A stretch of DNA of 64,000 nt from Octopus vulgaris (Eukaryota), in assembly GCA_951406725.2 (NCBI GenBank), contig OX597818.1, forward strand, positions 135,098,001 to 135,162,000. The letters run 5' to 3'. A program made the position numbers and the translations under genes. Positions within the stretch are counted from its first letter, which is position 1, and each line of letters opens with the position of its first letter. Shown piece after piece: positions 12,007 through 24,824 of the stretch. The notes beneath the pieces are model-generated. The model had not been told where the DNA came from, ran no database searches, and saw nothing but the letters and a program-made list of their open reading frames with translations.

Positions 12007-13115
12007 AAGGATTAGTGACAGGAAGGGCATCTGTAATATATCCATCTTACTCATGCTAGCATGAAAAAAAAACAAACATAAAATGAATGAAAAAGAAACA
12101 AAGAATTTCAGCTCTAGAAAATACTTGATATAAGAATAATTGCTAAGTCCTAAGCTGCGTTCCTGTTCAAGCTAAACAAATGTAAAATGGAAGAGAAAAT
12201 ACTAAGCTGTCAGTGCTAGTAGAAACTTTAAACTACTGCTATTTTCTGATATTCAACAGGAAATTCTTTTATAAAATACAATTCCAAATTCACAGAATCC
12301 AGGAATTTAAGAATTGAGATTCTTTTATTAAATGTTTGCCATTTTCCTCTTTCCTTCTTTCTTTCTAATTTCTAACATTTCTCTGCTTTTTTTTTTTTTT
12401 TTATTATATTATTTGTCTTCTCATGAATTTATTTATTTATTTATTTATTAAGGGTTTCCTTCCCAATTCAAATATCAGCTAACCACTTTGTGGCATTTCA
12501 AAGAAAATGCCAAACTGCGTCTGGAGAAAGGCAAGCTGTACATTTTTTCTAATACATATCATTCTTGGCTAATAAAATATTTACTATAAACTCCAATGAA
12601 TGAATGAATAAGGTTATTTCCCCCCCGATTGTATACTACCTACATTGTTTGGATGTAAAAACAAAAATGTCTGCCACCAATATCTTCAGGATTATTTTAG
12701 TTAAAGCTAAGAAACTTTATACTTTCTCGATAAGATAATCAATCTTATGGGCTATTGATGAAAGAAGTTCCTTTTGCATATGTCTCTAAGCTGGCTACCA
12801 GTTTTATAATTTAGTTTTTGTTGCTTATCTCTAAAACATGAACATTAGTAACTTTGTATGACCAGACTAACAACCAATGTGTATGATTTCTGAGATCTCA
12901 CACAAGTTTTCTGTCTGACTTATCAAAGAAGCTATTAATTACTGAGGCTGGCTGCTTTGATAAAACAGAAAAACGAATTGCACTGAAGAAAAGTTTAATC
13001 TTTTTCAATAAGTATGAAGAAAAAGTTGTATTTGTCTTCAACAAACTCCCCTAGAGTGTTTGTTTTGAATGAAATGTCTTTTATTGGTTAAAATGAAGAA
13101 ATAAAACATGTTTAA

Positions 13116-13336
13116 CCCTTTAGTGTTCGCATTATTCTGCCAAAATTAATGCTTTTTTATCCACATTGTTTTGAACTAATCATGCATTATCTTGTAGCTA
13201 TGAGATTTTGATGAGGTAGCTGTTAATTTTTAAAACGATATTGTAGGGTTGGTGTGAGAGACCAGATCTGGTCAGTTTGAACATAAAACAGGTAGAATAC
13301 TTTTGGCCGGATATGGCCAGTTTAAATGCTAAAGGG
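13116..13336. mobile_element. piggyBac-like MITE, family E
   Basis: TTAA|CCCTTTAG ... CTAAAGGG|TTAA. Confidence 0.85.
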
Positions 13337-13340
13337 TTAA

Positions 13341-13542
13341 TACTTTTGATATCAACCTTCCTGAGACTGCCCCTGGTTCTATGATACAAACTTCATGTTT
13401 GAGATCTAAATGAAAACTTTTTATCAAAATTTCTTACTAATTTATGTCTGTAACATCAGCTTATTAATTCCTAAATCTTTCGTTATTTTCAAAATTAATT
13501 GAAAGGCAGAGTATTGTCAACAGAAATAGAGTAACAAAAGGG
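13341..13542. mobile_element. piggyBac-like MITE, family F (degenerate)
   Basis: TTAA-TACTTTTGATA ... GTAACAAAAGGG-TTGA; related copy at 35.93-36.74 kb. Confidence 0.55.
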
Positions 13543-13556
13543 TTGAAATGAACTTG

Positions 13557-13770
13557 GCATTTAAACCGGTCATATCCGGCCAAAAGTATTCTGCCTGTTT
13601 TATGTGCAAACTGGCCAGATCTGGTCTCTCACACCAACCCTACAATATCATTTTAAAAATTAACAGCTACCTCATCAAAATCTCATAACTACAAGATAAT
13701 GCATGATTAGTTCAAAACAAAGTGGATGAAAAAGGATTAACTTTGGCAGAATAATGCGAACACTAAAGGG
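13557..13770. mobile_element. piggyBac-like MITE, family E, inverted relative to 13116-13336; left TIR lost
   Basis: Reverse complement of the preceding copy; ends CTAAAGGG|TTAA. Confidence 0.85.
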
Positions 13771-14201
13771 TTAAAATAAGAAACTTGACATTACACAGAC
13801 CCAAATAATCCTTTAAGTACTACTTCTAAGGAGATCATTTAAGCTTGTATTTTGGTGTAAAGCTGTTTGTTTTTCTTATTCTACATTATAAAGATATATT
13901 CAGAAATACCGGGATACGGCTTAGTGATATAATCATAGATAAACTGACATAAATGACAAAAAGACCTTGTTTTTCTCTTATCCATATGGTAAGGTTGTTT
14001 AACTCCTGGTCAACCCTCTCAAAACAGACCTATAATCAAAAGTATTTTAACCATGACCTTTTTGATTTTATTTGTTTCTTTTGTCTTTTTTCCAGATAGT
14101 TTATCATTAACTTCACTAGCAGGCGTACCCGGCATTGCCTGGGTTCATTAGTTCAAAAAGGCTTGGAAATTAATAAAGCGATTAACGCCCCACTCCCTTA
14201 A

Positions 14202-14421
14202 CCCTTTAGTGTTTAAACCGGCCATATCCGGCCAAAATATTCTACCTATTTTATGTTCAAACTAGTCAGATATGGTCGTTCATAGCTACCTTATTGTGTC
14301 ATTTCAAAAATAAACAATCACATCATTGAAATCTCAAAGCCATGAAATGATGCAAGATTAATTTTACATGGTGTGAATACATAAGCTTTATATTTGACAG
14401 AATAATCTGAATGCTAAAGGG
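14202..14421. mobile_element. piggyBac-like MITE, family E
   Basis: TTAA|CCCTTTAG ... CTAAAGGG|TTAA. Confidence 0.85.
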
Positions 14422-14759
14422 TTAAACACCTTTCATGCTTAATGGCAAGACTAACACCTAAGTAACTCTTAAAGGGAACCGCACATGTAATATTATGACA
14501 ACAATCAATTGAAAAAATAAAGCAACAAGAATTATAACAGCAATAACGTAGGACTGAAATATGGTGCCAGTACAGCAAGTCTACAAAACTTCCTTATAAA
14601 CAACATTTTTAGTTTTCCCCTGGGGGGATGAAGGCAGGTAAACTGTTCCAACAACCCACTCTTGAGCAGCCAACATACAGCTGACCGTGTGAAAAGCATG
14701 GCTTGGCTAAGTAAAGTCCAACGACAGACAGCGACTACACCTGGGACTTATTAATAGAT

Positions 14760-15139
14760 GGAAGCACTCCGTTGGTTACGATGACGGGAGTTCCAGTTGA
14801 TCCGAATCAACGGAACAGCCTGCTCGTGAAATTAACGTGTAAGTGGCTGAGCACTCCACAGACACGTGTACCCTTAACGTAGTTCTCGGGGATATTCAGC
14901 GTGACAGAGAGTGACAAGGCTGGCCCTTTGAAATACAGGTACAACAGAAACAGGAAGTAAGAGTGAGAGAAAATTGTGGTGAAAGAGTACAGCAGGGATC
15001 ACCACCATCCCCTGCCGGAACCTCGTGGAGCTTTAGGTGTTTTCGCTCAATAAACACTCACAACGCCCGGTCTGGGAATCGAAACCGCGATCCTATGACC
15101 GCGAGTCTGCTGCCCTAACCACTGGGCCATTGCACCTCC
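14760..15139 (-). mobile_element. SINE family B, full length
   Basis: TSD ACTTATTAATAGAT on both sides. Confidence 0.92.
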
Positions 15140-17024
15140 ACTTATTAATAGATATGGCGTAACTGAGTCTAATCGGAAACTGCACTCTGTGGAATGTGAA
15201 TGGTAAGTCAGCAGCCGAAGGCACAAGGGGAATTCCCGCCATTCACCAGCGCTGAAATATGGTTCCACACTCTGTTTACCCGCAAGAGGGTGTAATTGTT
15301 GCCCTTTTCTAACATCCGCCCACACACTCACCTACATACCCATGCATATGCAAACATAAGATGAGTCATAGTTACACCCACCGTTTACCCACACCGGACT
15401 GTGGTTCCTCCTGCTGTTTACCCGCACCGAACTATGGTTCCTCACTCCGTTTACCTGCAAGAGGGTGTGATTGTTGCCCATTAGTAACATCCACTCACAT
15501 ACCCTCAAACACACATATGCATATGCGAACTTGAGATGGGAGTCATAGTTACTCCCGCCATTCACCCGCACCCTAATGTTATTCCTCCTGCCATTTACCC
15601 GAACATTTTTCGAAATCAATTTATACTTAAAACGTCCCCAGACCATAAACAATGAGCATGTGAAGTTTAAGAAAAATCGGTCGAGCTGCTTTGAGGCAAA
15701 ACAAGGACATACTGATACACACACACATTTTCAGTTTTAATATGTAAGATTATCCAATATGTCCTTCCTTATTTCAAATGATACAGAGTGATTTGAAGTG
15801 AAGATTTCACTGCTATTTCTAGCAATCCTCATTGTCTCTAGGACATTGGGTGTATGCAAGCTACAGCTGTGTGAACAGAACATTACTGTAGAATTAAGGA
15901 AATATTTCATTTCAGTAAACAGTGAAACAAAGATTTCTGAAATATTCCTTTTCTTCTCATATTCCTGAACATATTTAAATATAAGAACATGAGGGTCCAC
16001 ACCAATGCCATGGTTACATCCATGAAGTCTAGTCCAGTCCAGTCCAGTTCAGTTCTTCAGGCTCCCTGACACAACTGCAATATAAATGTGCAGCATCATC
16101 TGCTTTTTGAGAATTGAGAGGGTTCAAAACTATTCAAAGAACTTCAGAGAGTACAGCAACTGTTTTAGCATTAACTACTGGCTACTAACAACTCAAAAAC
16201 AATGTCATTATCAGTAGTTATAATTCCCAAGAAACCCTGATATATTTCAGAGCAGCTGATCAATTATAAAATATAACACCGAAATGTCAGCAGACAGTGA
16301 ATTTCTGTAAAACAGTGAGGCTTCATTTTGGACAATTTTCAGCTAAATCTAGTGATATATTTTACGAAATAATTCACTTTGGAGTCTTTATAGGTTCTGT
16401 CTATATTCAAAGCTGGGATTTTTATGTAAGTTCATTTATTGATAAATGTAGACAGAGGTATGGCCATGTGATAAGTTCACTTCAAACCACATGAAGTTCA
16501 CTTTGAAACCACATGGCCTCTGGCTCAGTCCCACTGCATGGAATGTTGGGCAAGTATCTTCTACTATAACTTCAGGCTGATTAAAGCTTTGTGAGAAGAA
16601 TTGTTTGTTTTATGGAAACAATACAGAAGCCCATTTCAACTTCTCAGCACTTAGTATAAAGTTACTTTCCCTTCTTTCTCTGTTATATTCCCATTCAATT
16701 GAGGGACCCCTTTAGTCTTCCAAGTTACATGGTGACTTAACTAATACTGAAGCCATGAAAAAAGGCACCCAGTCATCACCCTGTAAAGTGGTTGATGTTA
16801 AGAAGAGCACCTAACCATAGAACCCATGCCAAAAAAATATACACACATCGCAGTACAACACAGTCCTCCAACTTGTCGGATCCTGTTGGAACCATCCAAC
16901 TCATGTAAGCATAAAAGACAGATATTAATTGATGATGGTGATAATGAATGAGTGTGTATGTATATGTGTGTGTCGCGTGTGTACCGTTGGCAATTTTTTT
17001 CCCTTCTCTGAATCTTTCCTTCTC

Positions 17025-17065
17025 CTATGTTTCCGACGAAGAGCTCTGCTCGAAACGTTAAACCC
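17025..17065 (+). ncRNA. degenerate minimal hammerhead motif (PLE-terminal-repeat-like)
   Basis: GTTT-CCGACGA-A-GAGC tct GCTC-GAAACGTT-AAAC; core U4>C; palindromic AACGTT at stem III. Confidence 0.5.
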
Positions 17066-18062
17066 TCCTTCTTTCTTAGCGTCCAATAATACTATATTTG
17101 TTCAAAGTCCTCGCATTGTTGTGTTTTTTGTGCTTTCTTGTTTGGGTTAACTATATATGTATATATATATATATTAATCAGTACATACTCATGTATTGAA
17201 TTCTATTTTTTCTATTTGTTCTAACAAATGTGTGTGTGTTTGTGAATGTTTATATCTATGTTTTTGTATGACACCATTTGGGCAATGGTCATGTGCTAAT
17301 GCCTCCCTATAAACTATTCAGCTTGTTGTTTATCAGTTTTAGTTTTTAACCATAGAATTCTTCATCTGTAAGTCTTGTCCAACCCATGTCAGCATTAAAA
17401 AAAAAGACATACGTAACAGCAATGATGATAACAATGGTGACGACAATGGCATATCACACGAGGATATTTCACTGCCTATTTTCCAAACATATGAAGCTTT
17501 GTCCAACCCATACCAGCTTGGAAAAAGTAAATGTAAAAATCATGATGATGATGATGAGCATGAGCATGACGAGAGTCAAGTGGAACAAATAGCAACATAA
17601 CCAAACTAAAAGTTTAATGTGAATTTGAAAAAACATACTAAATGGGAACAAGAAAAAAAATTACTACAAGAGGTCTTCATTGCTGTTAAAAAGCTATTTA
17701 CAAATCTGTGTAAAGAGTTTTGAGGGATAGTAACTAAGGTTGGGTGGAGACTGGAGAAATACAGGAACAAGATATGAACTAACACAGGGTGGAGTTTACA
17801 CAATAAGGGACAAATACAAAGATAAATGAAACGAAGTAAAACTGTAAACTTTCTCTTACTATTTATTGTACTATAAGGATGTCAAGTATAAATGATAACT
17901 CTGGTTATGAGGATTTTATTATCACTATTTCAGTTAGTCAACATTATTCATCATCGTTATCATCATCAGTGTCACTATCATTAGTTGCAGAATGCCATGG
18001 CAGAAAAACTACAGCCCCAGACTTACAAACAAATGCCACAATCATTAGATGTTACATTAACC

Positions 18063-18467
18063 CTTTTACTTTTTTACTCTTTTACTTGTTTCAGTCATTT
18101 GACTGTGGCCATGCTGGAGCACCACCTTTAATCGAGCAACTCAACCCCGGGACTTATTCTTTGTAAGCCCAGTACTTATTCTATCAGTCTCTTTTTGCCG
18201 AACCGATAAGTGACGGGGGACATAAACACACCAGCATCGGTTGTCAAGCAATGCTAGGGGGACAAACATAGACACACAAACACACACACACACATACATA
18301 TATACGACGGGCTTCTTTCAGTTTCCGCCTACCAAATCCACTCACAAGGCTTTGGTCGGCCCGAGGCTATAGTAGAAGACACTTGCCCAAGGTGCCACGC
18401 AGTGGGACTGAACCTGGAACCATGTGGTTGGTAAACAAGCTACTTACCACACAGCCACTCCTGCGCC
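18063..18467 (-). mobile_element. SINE family A, full length
   Basis: Colinear with other family A copies. Confidence 0.9.
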
Positions 18468-18739
18468 TATTGATAGATGTTAAATAAAAGGTGCAGGTGA
18501 GGCTGTGTAGTAAGAAGCTTGCTTAGTTATTTGATTTTGTTATAAAAATAGAGATGGTTATCCAAGATAGGTTGATGCTAAAAGGGATAATTAACTTGCA
18601 TTAATTTCTCAAACTCAAAGTAAGCTATAAAGTTTTGCTTTGTGTGGTGCTGAGAATACTTGGAGTAATACAGAGTAGTCAAAAATATTTGCAAATATTT
18701 TTCACCATTGTGAGTATGAAAGCAAAATATGTCTAAACC

Positions 18740-19120
18740 AGAATTGAAATCGATCAATGGAAATCGATCAATGGAAATTGCAGATGTGTTACCAGTGCCG
18801 GTGGCATGTAAGAGAACTTTCTGTTTCGCGACCGTTGCCAGCACCGCCCCGTTTCGTGTCCGTTGCCTGCCTCGCCTGGCCCTCGTGCCGGTGGCACATA
18901 AAAAGCACCATCCGTTCGTGGCCGTTTGCCAGCTCTGTCTGGCATCAGTGCGGGTGGCACGTAAAAAGCACCCACTACACTCACGGAGTGGTTGGCGTTA
19001 GGAAGGGCATCCATCCGTAGAAACACTGCCAGATTTGACTGGGCCTGATGAAGCCTTCTGGCTTCACAGACCCCAGTAGAACCGTCCAACCCATGCTAGC
19101 ATGGAAAACGGACGCTACTC

Positions 19121-19159
<39 letters not shown>

Positions 19160-19300
19160 GCACCCACTACACTCACGGAGTGGTTCGTTAGGAAGGGCAT
19201 CCAGCCGTAGAAACACTGCCAGATTGAAAGCCTTCTGCTTCACAGACCCCAGTAGAACGTCCAACCCATGCTAGCATGGAAAACGATGATGATGATGATG
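18740..19300 (+). mobile_element. RTE LINE 3' UTR fragment plus a duplicated terminal segment (19158-19300)
   Basis: Three modules and an RTE 3' end, then (TA)n, then a second deletion-ridden copy of the last ~150 bp with (GAT)n. Confidence 0.85.
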
Positions 19301-19369
19301 AGAGTGGGTATCATAATGCCAACTCATAACTTAGGAATTCATAAGTCCTACAATATATCTGGGGGGCTA

Positions 19370-19593
19370 GGGTGGTGAGCTGGCAGAATTGTTAGCACAC
19401 CGGGCAAAATGCTTAGCAGTATTTCGTTATGTTCTGAGTTCAAATTCCACTGAAGTCAACTTTGGGTTTCGTCTTTTCAGGGTCGATTAAATAAGTACCA
19501 GTTATGCACTGGGGTCGATGTAATCGACTTAATCCCTTTGTCTGTCCTTGTTTGTCCCCTCTATGTTTAGCCCCCTGTGGGCAATAAAGAAAT
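19370..19593 (+). mobile_element. SINE family C
   Basis: GGTGGTGAGCTGGCAGAA head, GAGTTCAAATTCC B-box, Meta-like domain, ends TAAAGAAATA. Confidence 0.85.
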
Positions 19594-19641
19594 AAATATA
19601 TCTGGGGGCAAGATAATTTATAGTCTTCAGTTTATTTAAGA

Positions 19642-20146
19642 CTAGCAGTATCGCCTGGCGTTGCTCGGGTTTGTAAGGGAAATAACTATATAAGAATGTT
19701 TTGGAGAGTTATAGCCAAAAAATAGCAAAAGAATGCATTAAAAATGGGAAAAAAAATGATGGTAAATTTTTTTTTTAAATCGTTGACTCATCGAAGACAT
19801 TTTTAGAGAGTTACTTCCCTTATATAATAGCGAAAAAAATGCATTAAAATGGAAAAAAATTATGGTAATTTTTTTTTTAAATCGTAGACTCATCGTAGAC
19901 ATTTTTAGAGAGTTACTTCCCTTATATAATAGCGAAAAAATGCATTAAAATGGAAAAAAATGATGGTAAATTTTTTAAAATCGTAGACTCATCGTAGACA
20001 CGTGCTAAAACCCAGAAGGGCTCGATATGAATCACGACTATAAGATACCCGGTTTTGGTTAAACTGCAGCGCAAAATGTGGGAGTAGTTAGGCATCTAAA
20101 TCGTAGGAGACAGACACTCACACAACTACAGTTTTATATATATAGA
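19642..20146 (-). mobile_element. non-autonomous Helitron with internal ~102-bp tandem repeat
   Basis: Minus strand A|TCTATATATATAAAACTG ... CCCGAGCAACGCCAGGCG..CTAG|T; about three tandem units at 19698-20000. Confidence 0.8.
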
Positions 20147-20212
20147 TATAAGATAAAGAGAAGACTAGCTTCATATCCAGGATCCACTGTCATTTCTCAA
20201 TCCTCTCCTGTT

Positions 20213-20632
20213 TATTACTCTCTTTACTCTTTTACTCTTTTACTTGTTTCAGTCATTTGACTGCGGCCATGCTGGAGCACCACCTTTAGTCGAGCAAATC
20301 GACCCCGGGACTTATTCTTTGTAAGCCCAGTACTTATTCTATCAGTCTCTTTTGCCGAGCCGCTAAGTGACGGGGACGTAAACACACCAGCATCGGTTGT
20401 CAAGCAATGCTAGGGGGACAAACACAGGCACACACACACATATACACACATATATATATATATATACATATATACGACGGGCTTCTTTCAGTTTCCGTCT
20501 ACCAAATCCACTCACAAGGCATTGGTCGGCCCGGGGCTATAGCAGAAGACACTTGCCCAAGATGCCACGCAATGGGACTGAACCCGGAACCATGTGGTTG
20601 GTTAGGAAGCTACTTACCACACAGCCACGCCT
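20213..20632 (-). mobile_element. SINE family A
   Basis: Colinear with other family A copies. Confidence 0.9.
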
Positions 20633-20799
20633 TTACTGTTTTATCATTTATAACAGAGGAGTTTACAACCAGCTATCCATGGGAATTCCTATATACTGAT
20701 GACTCAGTTCTTATAGTCAACTCTGTGGATGGTTTAGAGAAGATGTGTGCGTGCGTTCATGTGTGTGTGTGTGCATACTAGAGAGTGTGGGGCAGGGAC

Positions 20800-21130
20800 A
20801 GAATTAAAATAGAAATATTGAGAGAGAAAGAGGGAGGCATTTAGAGAAACAAAAGAGGTGTGAGGAGAAAATGAGATTTAATAGTAGAATATAGAGGGGG
20901 AAAGAGAAGGAATAAAGTATTAATAGAGAGAGGGGGGAGGAAGAATTATTAAAAAGAAAGAGGGAGACAGAGAAGAGGAGAGAAAGAAGGAGATAAAGAG
21001 TAGGAGTGAAAGAGAGAATTATTAATAGAGAGAGAAGTGGGGAGAGAGAGGGAAGAAGAGGGTAAAGAAGAAACACAGAAATAAACACAGACATAGGAAG
21101 TGGATAAATATGAAGAGACAGGAAGTGAGA
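20800..21130. repeat. purine-rich (GA) low-complexity tract
   Basis: Directly visible. Confidence 0.8.
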
Positions 21131-21329
21131 GAGACACACAGACATGACAACAACAAAAAATAAAAATACAGTCACCCCCACCCACCCTCACCTATGTTAC
21201 AGTTACCTCAGAAAAATAAATTAAGAGGTGGGCTTGCCCCCTCCATGGTTGTTTGATCTACAAGAAATAGCAGCCAAATCACATTTTACCTTTTCTGGAG
21301 CATTATTTCATAATATATACTCCTAGATA

Positions 21330-21738
21330 GGCGCAGGAGTGGCTGTGTGGTAAGTAGCTTGCTAACCAACCACATGGTTCCGGGTTCAGTCCCACTGCGT
21401 GGCATCTTGGGCAAGTGTCTTCTGCTATAGCCCCGGGCCGACCAATGCCTTGTGAGTGGATTTGGTAGACGGAAACTGAAAGAAGCCCGTCTTATATATG
21501 TATATATATATAAGTGTGTGTGTATATGTTTGTGTGTCTGTGTTTGTCCCCCTAGCATTGCTTGACAACCGATGCTGGTGTGTTTACGTCCCCGTCACTT
21601 AGCGGTTCGGCAAAAGAAACCAATAGAATAAGTACTGGGCTTACAAAGAATAAGTCCCGGGGTCGATTTGCTCGACTAAAGGCGGTGCTCCAGCATGGTC
21701 GCAGTCAAATGACTGAACCGAGTAAAAGAGTAAAAGAG
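21330..21738 (+). mobile_element. SINE family A, full length
   Basis: GGCGCAGGAG head to GAGTAAAAGAGTAAAAGAG tail. Confidence 0.92.
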
Positions 21739-22279
21739 ATACACTATGTCATGTGTGAATCAATAATAAGATGTGGGTAACAGCTACAAATTCATTGATC
21801 ATAAGTTTTACCTTTTTGAAACTAGAAAAACTGCCTGATATGCTTCCAAAATGAAATGGAAAATAATCAAAATTTGGAATGATTTAATGTGAAATAACTG
21901 TGCTATTATTAAAACTGGGGTTCAAAACATACAAAGAATTATAGTGGAACATCTTAAATACAAACACAGGATGACAGAATGCTCTGTTACAGAATTATTG
22001 ATGGTCACAGATGGAGTAGTACTAAAACAGTGATTCTGTGTTACCCTGGGATAAGCACCAACAACATGAAACTAAAATAAAGGAATCCCACACATTACAG
22101 CTACCTCAGGTTACAAGAATTCACAGGGATGATTCTAAAGAATGATCGTAAATTTTGGGATATGGTTTGTAACCTTGTTCTTATGGAAATTTGGATAAAT
22201 TTTAAAAACCTAAAGACTACGCTTTCTTCTTAGCCAAAAGGTTCTCTCTCAGTGTTTTAACTAACATTATAGTAAACAG

Positions 22280-22660
22280 TGGAGGCGCAATGGCCCAGTG
22301 GTTAGGGCAGCGGACTCGCGGTCGTAGGATCGCGGTTTCGATTCCCAGACCGGGCATCGTGAGTGTTTATTGAGTGAAAACGCCTAAAGCTTCACAAGGC
22401 TCCTGCAGGGGGTGATGGTGAACCCTGCTGTACTCTTTCACCACAACTTTCTCTCACTCTTTCTTCCTGTTTCTGTTGTACCTGTATTTCAAAGGGCCAG
22501 CCTTGTCACACTCTGTGTCACGCTGAATCTCCTCGAGAACTACGTTAAGGGTACACGTGTCTGTGGAATGCTCAGCCACTTGCACGTTAATTCCACAAGC
22601 AAGCTGTTCCGTTGATCGTATCAGCTGGGACCCTCATCGTCGTAACCGACGAAGTGCTCC
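22280..22660 (+). mobile_element. SINE family B (subfamily 2)
   Basis: TSD TATAGTAAACA; shares diagnostic variants with the 55660 copy. Confidence 0.92.
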
Positions 22661-23429
22661 TATATAGTAAACAATTTGAAAAACTATAATCCTGATACAT
22701 AGATGCATATACACAACATGTATGTGTGAGAAGGAGGGAGGGAGAGAGAAGTGTTTGTATATGGCACTATAAATACAGTGTGAGGTGGAATTTTTCACTG
22801 CAAATATTTGGTGGGGGTTGTATATATTTCCTAGGTTAAAAATAAGCATCTGTCTTTCTATTTGTGTGTGTGTGTGCATGTGTTATGTATACACATATGC
22901 ACATATATATATATATATATATATACATAGATATACAAACATACACATTATCACCATCACCATTATCTACCATCATAGCCAAAACCAATGTAATCAACTT
23001 CAACAATCCTACTGGCAGCAATAATTATAGTATTAGCATAATAGCAATGTCTGTAGCCACATATATTGTACGTCAACACAACAATGTGTGTGAGAAAGAG
23101 AGAGAGGCCAGAATGTTGACTTTTTATGGCTTAAGTAAGAGTGCAAAAAATAAGTACCTATGTACCTGGTAACTCTTCAACTAATTGTAATCATACAGTA
23201 CTCCATCCTATCTCACTCCTTCACCTTTTCCCTTCTCATTTCCATTCTTATATCCAAAGGAATAAAACAAGTTCTTATTCTCTTAAAACGGTCCTTTGCT
23301 GATGCAATTATTTTTTCTTTAATACATACTTGTTGTGAATAAATGCCGATTGTTGTCACTATTGAATTTACCTACAATTCAAGATGTCTAGAAAGAGCCA
23401 TCCAGTGGAACTGAAGATAGCAGTGTGAA

Positions 23430-23960
23430 GAAGGAACTGTAAAAGGATTACACTTGATATTAAATTTGAGGTTTTAAAAAGACTTGATATGGGATACAAA
23501 TTGGCTGCATTTACAAAACATGAAAGCTTGTCATGTATACAGGGGAAACAATACATAACAATAGAAAAGATATTAAAGTGTTCAAGGATTTACTTCCTTG
23601 ACAGCTCAGGTTTTATTCTTTTCTTAAAGATATAATGTGATGCTTAAAATAGAATGGCTCTTGGGTGTATGGATCAAGGATCAGACTCATATAATATGAC
23701 AATAAGCAAGATGGTAATTAAAAACAGTCAAACTTTTGCATGACTGTTAGCAGAAAGAGGAAGGTAAAATATCTAATAAAAAACATTTTCTTAAGAGTAA
23801 AGGCTGGTTTGAAAGGTTCAAGAAGCTCATAAATTTGCACAGCATAAAAATAAGCAGTGGAGTTGCCAGGGCTAATAAAAAGGATGTTATCAAATATCCT
23901 GAGCAGTTGGAAAAATTGATTGCTAAAGCCAGAGTAAAGTATATAATATGAATGAAACTG
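23430..23960 (+). pseudogene. Tigger/pogo (CENP-B-like) transposase remnant
   Basis: Fragments KRITLDIKFEVLKRLDMG (HTH-psq), LLGVWIKDQ and FLKSKGWFERFKKLINLHSIKISSGVARA match the pogo consensus FxASxGWFxRFKxR; frame is broken. Confidence 0.75.
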
Positions 23961-24458
23961 CATTTTTCTAGAAGCTCATAACTGCTAGAACTTCAATTTC
24001 TTGAAAAGAAAAATCAATACCAAGATTTAAAGTTTTCAAAAATTGCCTGACATTACTCGAAAGAAAGCCCCTATGAGTCTAATACTCTGGATATTTAAAG
24101 GCTTACTAGGGTTAAGTAAAATTTAATTTGTTTTTGATTTGGTATTTAAATAAGAGGACCCGAACCAAAATTTGAAATCAATATCTGTGGCAGTTTATAT
24201 ATTCAGAGCAAGATGAAGAAAAAGATACAGAGAAAGAAGGAGGAATACAGACAAAGGCAGATGTAGTCTACTCTTAACCACAAGGCCACTGAGCCTTTAA
24301 GTAAACAAAGAACAGTAACTGAGACTAAAATTAAACTTGAATAAAGACATATAATGGAACTAATTGATAATTGTAAATGTAGAGAATATTACCAATGGAA
24401 ATTTTAAAGTTGTGAAAACTAGGTTAGACATAGTACATGGATGGTAAATTTAAATAAG

Positions 24459-24548
24459 TATATATGTCATATGTACATATATATATATATATATGTATGT
24501 ATATATATATGTATGTATATATATATAATAAGTATATATATATATATG

Positions 24549-24600
<52 letters not shown>

Positions 24601-24673
24601 CATATATATATAGGATAACATTTAATATAAATATATATATATATATGTTATCAATGGCCATATATATATATAA

Positions 24674-24718
<45 letters not shown>

Positions 24719-24820
24719 CATCATCATCATCATCATCAACGGACGCTAAACGATGATGATGATGATGATGATGATATATATATATATACGCATACATACA
24801 CACACACACACACATATATA
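24459..24820. repeat. long (TA)n-based compound microsatellite
   Basis: Directly visible. Confidence 0.95.
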
Positions 24821-24824
24821 CATG

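Larger units (their letters stand above)
14116..15749 (-). mobile_element. non-autonomous Helitron (composite) with nested MITE and SINE
   Basis: Minus strand reads A|TCTTACATATTAAAACTG... at the 5' end and GC hairpin (ACCCAGGCAATGCCGGGT) + CTAG|T at the 3' end; internal degenerate GTTTACCCGC repeats at 15270-15600. Confidence 0.7.

Noticed and set aside
22280-22355. tRNA genes at SINE heads
   Set aside because: A/B boxes are present but there is no proper acceptor stem, and each head continues into a SINE body
24424-24739. YI/CV-repeat ORFs (also 60504-60861)
   Set aside because: Translations of (TA)n and (TG)n microsatellites
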